From NCBI RefSeq assembly GCF_036321535.1, contig NC_087436.1:43712001-43776000 (forward strand): 64,000 nucleotides of DNA, read 5' to 3'. The position numbers were made by a program, and so were the translations under genes. Of this stretch, positions 14,118 through 38,937 are shown piece after piece; position 1 is the stretch's first letter; each line of letters begins with the position of its first letter. Below the pieces are notes generated by a model. That model did not search any database. It saw nothing but the letters and a program-made list of their open reading frames with translations, and had not been told where the DNA came from. This stretch comes from Camelus dromedarius. Its lineage: Eukaryota.

Positions 14118-16722
14118 AACTAGTGAACTAGGCCCTAGTGCAGTAGTTATTTAATGTTAGTGAGCATCAGAATCCTCACCTGGACATAGATCACAACATC
14201 TGATGCCCTGTCCAGAATAGGTTCTTTATCAATCCTTGTGGGTTTGTGGAGGAATGGAAAGAAGGGAAGGGAGGGGCATATTCATATATCAAAGAAGCAG
14301 AGTTTACCCACTTCTATCACTCATCTCTCACGTTTTGGTTATACTCAAGCAAATTTACAAAGATACAAATTTTTATGTATAAAAGAAATAAATAATAAAG
14401 ACATATTGTATAGCACAGGGAAATATAGCCATTATTTTGTAATGATTTTAAATGGAGTATAATCTACAAAAATACTAAATCACTTTGCTATACACCTGAT
14501 AATAAAATATTATAAATCAACTATTCCTCAATTTAAAAATAAATTTAGATAAAAATTAATCTCTAATACTATTTACATTGTATGAAGTAAATGTGCATAA
14601 TATTTTACTGAGTTGAAATCAGTGTGTATGTACTATTTTTGTGATATGATTTTTATTTTTTATTTATGCTTTACCTTTATCTATCAAAGATTTGAGGCCA
14701 CTGCTTCTTTTTCACTTGGTTTATGTACACACTTCCATTTATCAGTTTAGCCAATAAGCTTATCATTTTTATGCTTTACAATCTTTGTTTCCTTTTCAGT
14801 GGCTTAAAAATGGAAAACAACTAACTCTGATTTTTATTACAGTGGCATAGCATTAGAATCTCCTGCAGAAAACAGCATTGAGTGGTGCCATGTGCTAAAT
14901 TCAACTCAAATAACAAAGAAACAAAGAATCAGTCCCAGTTCTGTAGAGACAACAGTCATATGAAGTAATTTAAGGAAATCAGTAAGCACCACAGAGCTTA
15001 AGTGATTAGGGAATATGCAGTAAAGAAGTGATCAGAATGGGAAGGCTCCTTGAAGAAAGTTAAGTTTTGGATCAGCATTGAGCGGAAGTGATGGATATGG
15101 ACTGGCAGAGAGTGGGAAAGCCATTCCAGGTTTAGAGAATGGCCTTTCCAAGGGCCAAAAAAGGGGAACTAGCAAGTCATATGCTGGGTGCTATCTGCCA
15201 ATTAACTTGGCTCAAGAAGAAGGTCATGTTAGGGAATAATAAAAGTGGAGGTTGGAGAGTTGACAGTGAGCCCAGAATGCTAAACTGAGAGAGATGGTAA
15301 CCAGTAAACAGGGAATCCTGATAGATTTACAATGAGGCAGTGATATGATAACAATAAAAAAAAAAAGGTTGACATCCAACATGAATACTGATATAGACGT
15401 AAAATCTATGGGTTTATATTGTTGGCAACATAAGCCATTCAAAGCAGGAATTGTGAGTGAAACATATAATAATTACTTGCTTTATTATGTCTTTCTCCTG
15501 TTGTGTGTATACTTAATGTGCTTTAACAACTCTCTGCCTGATTTCTCCCAGCATCAGAGTGTAAAATAATTCTAATGTACATCTGTGCTGGAAAAAATAA
15601 CCTCTAACACACCAAGTTCTATCATGCAAAAGTAGTTTAGGCTTTTCTGAACTAATCCTAACACTGTATTTCTGAACTACATTTCTGAAACTCCACTTGT
15701 GTTGAGCTGTGAAGGCTGTACCACTTAACCTTAGTCTAACCAGCGAAATCCTTGCTTGCTATGTCCTTTGCAAACACTGTCAGCTTCATTTAATTCAACT
15801 GCATCTAGACTTGAATTTCACTGTCTTTAACTGGAGCAATAACAAGGCTGAAAATAGCTCTTAAAAACTTGATATTAAAAAAAAAAGTTTCTGCTGTATA
15901 GCACAGGGAACTATGTTCAATATTTTGTAATCATCTTTAATGAAAAAAATACGAAAACAAATATATGTATCTATATGCATGACTGGGACTTTGTGCTGTA
16001 CATCAGAAACTGACACATTGTAACTAATGGTACCTCAATAAAAAATAAATAAAAATTAAAACCTTGATATTTTGAATATGTCAAAGACATTGAACAAAAG
16101 GAAAATGTGATGCTATACTGTTCACTACTAATCTTGATTTTTTTAAATTTTGATATTCTACATGTCTAAGAAACCATCTATAATTGAGCTATAATTGTTC
16201 ACTCTGGGGTCCACATGACTTGAGGATATTGTGGTGAATTTAAATCAAGAGCAGATTTGATGAATAATAAATCAGGGTAGAAATTTTGTCAAGACTTGAT
16301 AGCCTAGGAAGTGATGATTTCAAAGAGAAGCTTTTCCAAATCTGTCCAGGACTCTCAGACCTGGAGAGAGCAAAGTATTGAAAAACAGAACCCATGGGTT
16401 TCATTCAACACACTTAAAGGGTCAGCACTAACTTTTTGCCGAAACTGTGTTCAGTATTGAGAAATGAAGTTTACGCTTTGGGAGAGTAAATCATTGGGAT
16501 AGTGAGAAAAGAAGTGTAGGGATTTCCTACTTGATATAAAACAAAGGAAATCGCTAGGTAGATTCCTTGCCAGCAGATGCATATCATTTTTGTATTTTCT
16601 TCTCTGTTCCTGCTATTTCAGTTCTTCTTGTGGTCCTATGGAACCACCAACTATGGTAGAGTCAGAAAATATGTACATTAACCTTAAATAACAAACAAGC
16701 TCAGAAAGGAGAGAGGGAGAAA

Positions 16723-16780
16723 AGGAGGGGGAGTGCAGGAAAGGCAGGAGGGGGAGTGCAGGAAAGGCAGGAGGGGGAGA
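16723..16780 (+). repeat. 23-bp tandem repeat (AGGAGGGGGAGTGCAGGAAAGGC), about 2.4 copies
   Basis: Read directly from the sequence. Confidence 0.9.
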
Positions 16781-17099
16781 GGAAGAAAGAGTGTGTGATA
16801 ACAATGTAATTGGTATGGGAAAGTCAACGTAATTGGGAAATGGTAATATGCTCTTCCTTGGTTTCTTTTTCCACATTCCTCTCTGAGTGTGAACATGGGA
16901 CTAGACTTGAGTGTGTTTTAGCATTTCAAGATTCATTTGTCATATGACATGACCCTCATGTACACTGGGGACATCTTGAAGGAACATGGACTGCTTCTAA
17001 TAGTGGTGGGAAAATTGGCCCTGTTAAGGTTAAAGAATGAGTTTTCCTGGGGAATTTTTTTCCCTAGGATAAACTTGACTCTTAGTGTTTCTTCTTCTT

Positions 17100-17230
17100 T
17101 TTAAAAATTAATTAATTAATTAATTATATTTTGGGCGGGGGAGGTAATTAGGTTTAATTATTTTTAGAGGAGGTCCCAGGACCTTGTGCATGCTAAGCAT
17201 GTGCTCTACCACTTGAGTTATACCCTCCCC
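17100..17230 (-). mobile_element. tRNA-derived SINE with an internal deletion through the B box
   Basis: TSD ttagtgtttcttctt at 17082-17096 and 17233-17247. Confidence 0.82.
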
Positions 17231-17659
17231 TTTTAGTGTTTCTTCTTTATTATGTTGATATACATCCTTCTATATCCAATTTGTTGACAGTTCTTTTGTG
17301 AAAAGATGTTGCATTTTGGTAAATTCTTTTTGTGCAAATATTGAAATGACCAACATATCTTTTTTTTTAATAGTAATATAGTCAGTTTACAATATTGTGT
17401 TAATTTTTGGTGTACAACACAGTGGTTCAGACATGTATATCTATCAGAATAGATATACATATATATATTCCTTTTCATATTCTTTTTCATTATAGGCTAT
17501 TACAAGGTATTGAATACAGTTCCCTGTGCTATACAGTGGGACCTTGTTGTTTATTTTATAAATAGTATCTGCAAATCCCAAACTCCCTATTTATCCCTCT
17601 ACCACCCCTCCTTTCCCTCTCAGTAACTGTAACCAACATCTTTTTTGATGCTTCCTATA

Positions 17660-17870
17660 CATCTAGGCACTGAAGAAACCTGGTTTGAAATCCCAGCTTT
17701 GCCATTTACTAGCTGTGTGGCCATGGACAAGCATGTGACTTTTTCTGATCCTGCTTCCTCACATGTAAAATGTATCTATCTCATAGGATTGTTAGGAGTG
17801 AATAAATGCATAGTGCTTATAACAGTGCCTGGCAGAGGTAACAGCTTTGAGTATTCACTTTTATTATTAA
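17660..17870. mobile_element. MIR fragment (others at ~4060-4230, 10050-10260, 46310-46520)
   Basis: AAATCCCAGCTTTGCCATTTACTAGCTGTGTGGCC...CTCATAGGATTGTT core-like sequence. Confidence 0.65.
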
Positions 17871-20648
17871 TTAATACTGAAATATATAAAATAGAAAGTG
17901 AAAATCCATATCCCATCCCATTCTGCATACATAATCTGTGTTAACAGTTTGGTTTGTATTTGTCCATATTTTTATATGCATATACAAATTTTAAATCTAC
18001 ATGTATGTGTATAATTATTTTACAAGAGTGGGATCATTCTGCTCTTGAACTTAATTTTTTCACTTAGCTATATTTATTTTATAATCAGAGTCACCATATA
18101 TTATGTAGAATTAAATACACTGTACATAAATTAAGCCCCTCTCACAGATACTCATAATCAAATATGGATAGGGTAATAACTTCCAGGCTACCTTGAACCA
18201 AGTTGGACAGTTTCTGGTTAAAGAGGATAAATGTGTAATAGAGAATATGGTCTTTTGTTTAGCTAGTAAATCTATTAATTCACCAACATTTACTGAGGTC
18301 AGCCTTTCTTCTTTAAAGGTAATCTACGAAAATCTGATATATGATATACTAAACCTGAGACTAATGCTCGATGCATCCAAACCAATATATGCCCATAGAA
18401 GCAGAGGACAGTCCTGAAGGCTAGATCCTAGGTAGGGTCAGTGGGGAATGCAAGTGAATAGCATAATGTGGTCTGAAGTTTGCAGACAGCTTACTCTTAG
18501 AAAGGCAGTGTTTTTAATCAGATTACTAGAACAATGAACACATAATTTTGGGAAGAAACAGTATGTATGAATATTCATGCTGGCATAGATAGTGAGCAGC
18601 AGTTCAGCTGGTGCTCAGAAGCAGGACAGGCAAATTCAGAACCAAGAAAAGCCTGAAGTTTCTTAGAAATGTCTAATTAAGGTGTTTATTTCTTCCAGTT
18701 TCTCTTGTTTTAAAGGTGGAAGGTTAGTTTCTTTAAAGTGGTAGGAGACAGACATACCCAGATTATTTCAGAATATGACATAGATGTCAGCTCATTAGCC
18801 ATTCCAGTCAAGCCTGTGATGAAAACAGTTCTGTGGGAGAACAACCCAGGAGTTCAGCTTGCTCCTCATCAACCTACCATCCAAGAGAGAAGATGATGCT
18901 GGATCCAGTAATACACCGACTGGACGGGACTGGATTCCCCCAAGTCAGCCCACGCCTGTGTGCCTTTGGCTCTGGCCTATCAGTCATGGTCATAGAAGCA
19001 AGGTAGTTTCCTGACATGCCTGGCTCAAGGCATGTTTAGTTCACAGGAGGAGCATAAAGAGCTTTTAGAAATAGCAGGCCTTTACTTAGGAATTTATGGA
19101 AATAGCAGGCCTTTCCTTAGGAATTCATGTACTCCTCCTCTGTACTCTACCTCTTGCCTGCCATCAGTGCCTCTAGGAACTTATCCTAAGCACACACAGA
19201 TACTTATAATAAAAACTAGACAATGGTATACCAGATAGCTATTAAAAACAATGATGCTAGGTTTGAGAGATTTGATAAATGATTACCACATGTCAGGCAT
19301 GTGCTAGATGGTAGATATTACTATCTCTATTTTGCAGATTAAAAGCCTGACTTCAAGATATTTACTGACAGAAAACATTTTCAGTAGACTACTCAGTAAA
19401 AATAGGAAGTTATAAAACAGTGTAACAACATGTATAGAATTTTGATGACACCCTTTTCTTTTTTTCTTACCTATTTTCTAATTTTTTCCTCAGATTTTGT
19501 GTTATTTATATAACTGAAATAAAGCAATGGGAAAAATTTTTTACTAAAACACTTAAAGTTATTTTTCATTACTTAAGATAATTTAAAAATAAATATATCT
19601 TCATTCCTTTATTTAGTCTTCCTTATCCTTTATCAAACTCTTTTGCCTTTTTTTTTTTTTTAATCTAGAGACAGGGCAAATAAAGTTGGTTTCCTTAGTA
19701 ATAGCAGCTAAAGCTCACAAACATTCTCTTCTTTTTGTTTTTTCCATTACTTTCTTTTAAAACTGTTTGGATTTCCTGAGTAATAGATATGCATACTAAT
19801 TATCAGTCCAATTTTATTCTAGGAGCTTGAAAATGATGACTGTGAAAATGGCCTGATTCAAAGTTTAAACCAACAATTTTAACAGTTTAAATAAACAACT
19901 TTAAGTGGGTCACCATTTCCTCCTAGAATTTTCAGACATTTTCTAACAGTACAATTTAAGTTCAAGGGCCAATGTCTTATTGTACAGTTGTCAAGAAGTG
20001 TTCTCGTATTAAAAGTAAGGTTTGTTTTTGGAGAGTTCTTTAACTTTCTATTCATATTTAAAAATTATATACAAGCAACTCATGTTTATTAAAATATGCA
20101 AATAGGTCAGAAAGACATAAAATTTAAAAGTATTTGTCACTACTTCAGTTCTTCATGAAAGGGATTACTATGATCAATTTCCTGTGAGTTATTCTAGCAT
20201 GTGTTTAGTGTATGTAACAGTACATATATGATATATGCTTTTTAAAAGGAGACATACTGTCTTTAATATGTTTACCCAGGTGGATGGACTCATACTCTAT
20301 TACTGGTTTGCAACATCTTTTCTCCATTTCAATCTTAATTGCTAGAGTATTCACTTGTATAAATGTACTATAATATAAACTAGTTTCTTTTTGATGATTT
20401 TGAATTTTTCTTTTAGAAACAATCCTGGAATGACTAAACCAGTGACAAACATCTAAATGTTTGATTCTGTTTAGATACAGCACAAATTCAGGTGAAACTA
20501 ATCTATGCTAAGAGTCCTCCCTTGGTGAAGGGACTGGAAGATGGGTTCCTAGGTTGCTTATCTGTTTCTTGATTTGGATGTTAGTTACCCAAGTGTGTTC
20601 CTTTTGTAAAGTGTCATTGATTTTTACTAAGCTTTAAAGTAGTTTTCA

Positions 20649-20780
20649 GGGGAAGGGTATAGCTCAGTGGTAGAGCACATGCCTAGCATTCACGAGGTCC
20701 TGGATTTAATCCCCAGTACCTCCATTAAAAAAATAAATAAACCTAATTATTTCCCCCTCCATCCCCCACCCCCAAAATAA
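20649..20780 (+). mobile_element. tRNA-derived SINE, same family
   Basis: GGGGAAGGGTATAGCTCAGTGGTAGAG...; TSD agttttcag at 20641 and 20786. Confidence 0.85.
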
Positions 20781-22926
20781 TGTACAGTTTTCAGCACCCA
20801 TGTTGTATTTCAATATGAAGTTGAAGAGTTAGTTGTTAGTGAAATTGCTGCTTGTGAAACATGGATCCTTTTTGCAGCAATGATTACTTGAGTTACTTTT
20901 ATTGAGTTCTAGCTTTGTGCTTTGCATATTTAAATGACTAAATATATAATAGTTACAAATATATGATTGATGCATGTAACCTTTCACTCTCTTCTCCAGA
21001 GTACTATTCTAGCATCATAGCTTCAATAGCACAGCTATATGGGGGAATCCAAGTTCCTGGATTTGGCCTCTTGATATTATCTGATCACAGTTCCTATTTG
21101 TCCAACAGCCTGTAGGACATTTTCACTTAGAATTTCACCCCCAAATAGCACATATTAAAAACCTAACAATCATACCTCCACCCTACCAGTCTATGTCTTA
21201 AAAATCAACTCTCATCTTACCTTTTTTTTTTTTTTTTAAATCAATTGCTATGCTCTGCCATCCAGCCTAAAATCTCAGGCTTTGGCTCTTCCACTTCCAT
21301 CAACATTTATATCACCAAGGATTGTAAGCTTTTCCTTGGACCTAGGACTTGCATTCATAATATGCTTTCCATTTTCACTGAACTCCATTTTTTCATGTCT
21401 GAGATTTCTAGTCGTTTTCAAATCGTGTTTCACTGATACCTGGTTTTTCCTTCCTCACTTCAAAGAGTTGACATATTGATGGTTCTGTTAGACTGATATT
21501 TCATGATATCTTTCCCTTGTTTAGAATCTTCAATTGCCTCCAGGGCAAACCCCCAAGTCTGACATTCAGAACATTTCTATAGACTGATCCTTATCAACCT
21601 ATCCCATTCTTTATCTTTTCCTACTTTTTCCCAACCTTCTTCAGCTGCTGAGATTCTTCGCTATGTCCCAAACATGCCAGGCAAGTTCCAAATTTAGTAT
21701 TTTTATATGTGCTGTTCTTTCAACTCTACTATAAAAGAATTAGTGGAGGGAATGTTCCGCTAACAACTTTTGTCCTCTTTAAGAAATACTTCCAAACCCG
21801 TAGTCCTAGAGTTAGTATTCAGAAAATCTATTCCTCTGGCCACAACTGACCAGTCTAAGTATGCATTTGACTCAGACTTGGTCCGTCAGGCTGCCTCCTG
21901 GGAACTGGAAATTTTGAAGTGAGAGTCCACGAGCCCACACAGCATTGCTTGAGTCAACTGCACAGCGACGTAAAGCAGCCTCTCTAAAAACTCTGACTGT
22001 CCAGACTGCCTGCACTTCTTGAGGCTTTATTATTCACCTATTTCTTCCTCAGATTTCATGTACCTCCCCTGTATTCTTACAATAACGTTTCCTTTGCTTA
22101 ATGTAATGGAGTCAATTTCTGTTTCTTACAACCAAAAAAAATCGCAAATAATGTAATTTCTTTCTCATTTGTTCTCGCATTTATTCTGTAAATACGTTGC
22201 TGGGTCCTTACTCTGATTGAAAGGTGAAGAGAAGAGTATCAGCATCACTGAGTGTTCACTTCATGAGCCGGGCAAGTTCCATTACTGCACAAAAGCTCTG
22301 GAGTTATTCTTCTGTCCTACTCATGGCCAAGAAGTAGCATGAGAACTACATGGGCCAGGGATACAGGAATACCTATGCACCTGGAGTAAATTCAAGACTT
22401 GGGATGTCATAATTGGGACAGTGGCATTCTCAGATATATTTCTGGAGACAAATGGGTCTCCTCAACTTGGTATTCTATAAGCCTCCAGAATTTTGACTCA
22501 ACACTAAGAGAAAAGGACAGAACACTAAAGTGATTGAGATTATGAAACTTTGTGGGATGTGGGACTTGAAATACAGTTGAAATATAGGAAAATAAAGTTC
22601 TATTTCTTGCACATTTTAGTTTGTGAGCTGTGATTTACACTGCAATAGAAATAATGGATTTTGTAATACTTTAGGTAAAGTACTGTAAGATGCACATTAT
22701 TCTTTTCCAAACTCATTCAGTTCAAAATGTAATTTATTACTTGAATAATGAATTCACTAGTTACCCTACAAGACATGAAGTTTAATTTTTAAATGTCCAT
22801 CATATTTTGGTACATATCATTTTATATTAAAATAAGGATTAGGCAGGTGTGTGTTTGAAAGGTTACTTCATTAATTCCACGAAATGTTCTTCAAATACAG
22901 GAAAATAAAAACTCCTTAAATCCTGA

Positions 22927-23046
22927 TGGGGAAGGGGTAATTACGTTTATTTATTTATTTATTTTTAAATAGAGGTCCTGGGGATTGAACCTAGGACCTC
23001 ACACATGTTAAGCATGCACTCTACCACTGAGCTATATCCTACCCCA
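22927..23046 (-). mobile_element. tRNA-derived SINE, same family
   Basis: Reverse copy flanked by tcctgat. Confidence 0.83.
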
Positions 23047-26000
23047 ACTCCTGATAATTTTTATTTATTCATGCCACTAGAAACTCATGGAAATACAAAT
23101 CTAGATCTATTCCAGTGAAAAGATAACAAAGCAAGAGGCTTATCAAATGGATTCAAGGCATGAAATAGCCTTTTCTTTTCCTGGCATCAGCTAAGCCCAT
23201 TGTAGGGATATAAGCATGTTGATATTGTCAGTCGATTCTTTTAGTAACTGTTCATCAGCATAAGCTATTACTGTAAATACTACTGTGGATTCCAGGTGCA
23301 TAGTGGTAAAGTTCTATGAATTCACAAAACACTGTATTATGTTACTCCTTTACCCTACTCCTGACCACACTGGATAATACTAATCTTTTTTATTTTCATT
23401 AATCTAATTGACCCATAAAATGGCAGGGCACCTCATTTTATTTTCATTTGCATTTTTTGGTTACTAATGAGTTTATAGGTCTGTTTATTAGGTTATTGGC
23501 CATTTATACTTCCCCTTCCTCACCTATTTTTCTATTAAGTTGTGTAACTTTTACTCATTGGTTTGTAGGATTAAAAACAAAAACACTTTTCTTAGACCAA
23601 GACCTGCTCAGTCAAGATAAAGCAAATCTAAAGCCTTCCAGTAACTTGAAACTATATTCCATAACCTTGAAGTAGTTATAATTATGGCTTTAAGTATTGC
23701 TACAGAATGATTAATCATGAAAAGCACTGTCCTATAATGGATGAAAATCTCTGGGAGACAGACCACATTTAGATATCCCTATTCTAATTCCTGTTCCTGA
23801 AGTCTCTACTTAGATGATGATCTGGTCTATAATACAAATCATACCTCCAGGTTTGGATCATCACAGACCTGGACTACTTGTAAGGATTTATAAGAATGTT
23901 AGTTTGTTTTGTTTCCTTCAGTAGTGGAAGAATTCTCTCAAATACAAAATACAAAAAGCTAAACATCCTTGTGTACTGAGCTGCCATGTATGGTGTGCAG
24001 ATTGTGCACTGCACAAATCCAAGAACACCATTCATATTGTAATCTATGCAAATGATGATGCCAGGGCACGACTTGTGTATGAATAAGGCAGTCTTATTTG
24101 TGCAGTATCATTAAGAAAGTCAACAGACAAGTGGGGACTAAGTACAAGTGATCATGTTGACTCTTTCCTAGTTTTTCACTCCAATTGCTTTTCTATAAGC
24201 TTCTTAAGGCATTTAAAAAGATGTGATTTTTTTTTAAATGGTATTAATTAAGGTTATATTTGGCTGCAAAGAACAGACTCACTCATGATAACTCAAGAAA
24301 GATCTCTGCTTAAATCTCAATCTTCCAGACATAAAAAAACAAGAAGTGAAGTACAGATAGGATTCACAGGTTTCAGACTAGGAAATGATTTTCTGTTAAA
24401 AGCAGATTAAAAGATACAGCCTTATAAAAATATAAAATACCTATACAACAACTGTCCTTTAAACCAAGTTGAAAGGTAAGAGGTTGAATTTAGAGGAATG
24501 TACTAATTGTTGTTGGCAGTAAAAATTTCTACAGCATTTTTGGACTCTTTCAGACACGCTATATAAAATGTATCTGCCCCAGAATTGCTATTTCAGAAAT
24601 CTGTTCTGCAGACACACACACATCAACAAAGGTGGAGGATATGATGTTCACTGCAGCATTGCTTTTAGTAGTAAAATAGAGCAGACAACTGCAAGTCCAG
24701 CAGAAACACAGTTATATAAACTGCAGTGCATCTCTACTGTGAGGTGCAAAGCATTGGTTGGAAAGACGGAAGTAAGGAAGGCAGAAAGGAAGGAAGCAGG
24801 GACTGGTTAGGAGAAAGGGAGGTGTCCTAATCATTAAATGCGTGATCTTTACAGTAAGAGAACTGAGTTTAATTCCTAAACTAGCTAACTATTATGACCT
24901 TGGGCAAGTGCTTCAGTTTCTTCATTTTTAAAGTAGTGATAACAATGGTACCTACTTCATTGAGATGAGGTTTTCCTTGTGAAAGTGATTTTTTTTCATT
25001 GCTTTGGCATTTGTTTATTCATTGTATATGTATACATTCATTCATGTATACATATATATACACACACACACACATGTTTATTGAAGTATAGTCAGTTTAT
25101 AATGTTGTGTCAATCTCTGGTGTACAGCATACGTGAAAGTGATATTGAGCAAGGTGCTTATATAAAATTAAGTGTTGCAGTTAAAGGAAGCAAACTCCAC
25201 TGATATGCATGCACACTGGCAGGTCCGAAGTAGGTACTTTAAAAAAAAAGGAATGTGAATATTGAGAATCAGCAACTTGAAATGAAAATATCATTTATAC
25301 AACTAAATCAACACATGACCTTGGGGACCATCCTCAAGCACACTGTTCAATTTAGCTCAATTAAACAAATATTTGGTAAGCAATTACTATGTGCTAACTA
25401 TTGGATAATGGAAGGAATACACTTACCCAGAGGGTGAAAGGTTAGGGATCTTGAAAGGTCATGCAGAATTATGATGTCAGGAACCCATCTCATATCATCT
25501 GGTTTAACTTGTCAAGTCACTTGCATTGTACTGCAATTTTATGTTGACTTGCCTGTCTTCCCCAAAGTGGTAAATTCCTCAAGGGCAGGAGCCCTTACCT
25601 TTTCTTGGTATCTCTAATGTCTATAGTTTTCAGCTCTGATATGTAGCAGGGGTAAATAAATAAGCATTCCCTTGATTAAGTAAGAATACATAGATTAATA
25701 AATGGGGTTTTCTCCTCCACCACCTTTTTTTGATTGTCCCTAGGATTTATCTAACAAATTGTGTAATTTTTTTACTTACTTTTGTTTGTCTCTCTCTCCT
25801 GTAGAGAATGATCCCTGATGTGCTTCACTCATGTCTTCCAGGTACTACAACAGTGTCTAACACAGATAACTTGTTGAATGAGTGCTTATCTTGTTCTATA
25901 GATTGCCAAGGGGAGAATTTCTGAAATTTTACTAGATAACCTCTCCAAAGTCACCTTATGACAATTCTCCTTGAAATTCACTGAATTCTTGAAACATACG

Positions 26001-26813
26001 CCCTCTTTTGATTATTCTGGATCAACTGGAGCATATTTCCTCAGAATCCTCCTAATAGGGTTTAGCAACTATGTATTGATCATTCTTTTCCTCCGTGAGT
26101 GTGTATGCTAGCTTTCCTTTATGGAGAGAAAAAAACTAGTATGTCAGTGGCAACTTGCCAGGATACCTATTTTTGGTAGTAGTAAGTTGCTGCCACCCCA
26201 ACCAGTGATGTAGCCAATCTCCTCAAAGCTCTGGCCCATAGAAGCAAATAGATTCTTGATTGTTTGCTTCCTACAGTGCATAAAGGGACAGTCAAATGAT
26301 GTTCCAACTGCTGGACAAAGCTGACAGAACTAGGGACGGGTTTGTAGCCAAGAAGATGAACCCCATGGCTGTCGAGTACCTTCTTGATATCCTGATGAGA
26401 GATTAAGATGCCAGTCACGTACACGCCCTGGAGGTTCAGTTCTGGGAAGGCTTTCTGCCACTCTGTGATATTCCTGAATAAAATGACAGACTTCAGTTAT
26501 GCCTAAGGCTGATTTCTAGATTTTTTTTTTCCTGTGTTCGTAGCAGCCATTTGAAAACAAACTCCATACTTTTAAAACAACATTTTAAATGGAAACAGTT
26601 CATATGGACTGTTCAATGGAAGCTCAGATAGGCAAGGTGCAATAAACAGAATGAAATATCACACATAAGTCTTCTGCATAAATCAACATGAAAAGATAAC
26701 CAAGATATCTACAATGGAAAAATAAAGCTACCAAATAATAAGTACAGTGATAGTTCTCCATTAAACATTTTCTTCCTGAACTATTTATGTAGTAATGTTA
26801 TTTTTGCAAATAC

Positions 26814-26819
26814 TTTATT
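26814..26819 (-). terminator. Candidate LARP7 polyadenylation signal AATAAA (an ATTAAA also lies at 27007-27012)
   Basis: tttatt on the plus strand, ~310 nt past the stop codon; motif match only. Confidence 0.45.
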
Positions 26820-27124
26820 ATTTTTGTAATATAAAAGCAACAAAATTAATAATAATATTCAAAACACGTATTTTCTAAATCACTTTCAGGCTGATTTATA
26901 TCAGATAATTTCAACAAATACAATGTTTAATGAAAAACTGTGATATATAATGCACTTGTCTCTAGAAAAAAGTCTTATTTAGAAGTTAAGGAACAAAAGT
27001 ATTTCTTTTAATTAAATGTAGGTTTTAGAAAAACATTCACTATGCATTACTAACATTAAAAAAATTGATTTTCTAAGAATAGTTCAAGCATTCAGTGAAA
27101 CCTTAAGTGGTGAACAAAACTTTT

Positions 27125-38937
<11,813 letters not shown>

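Larger units (their letters stand above)
1209..26473 (-). pseudogene. Putative decayed multi-exon gene of unknown identity
   Basis: Non-repeat, AG/GT-bounded segments with mostly compatible phases and scattered stops: 26473-26167, 23313-?, 22474-22212, 18955-18758, 16682-16203, 15847-15730, 13422-?, 3715-3649, 1691-1492, 1366-~1209. No homolog recognised. Confidence 0.35.
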
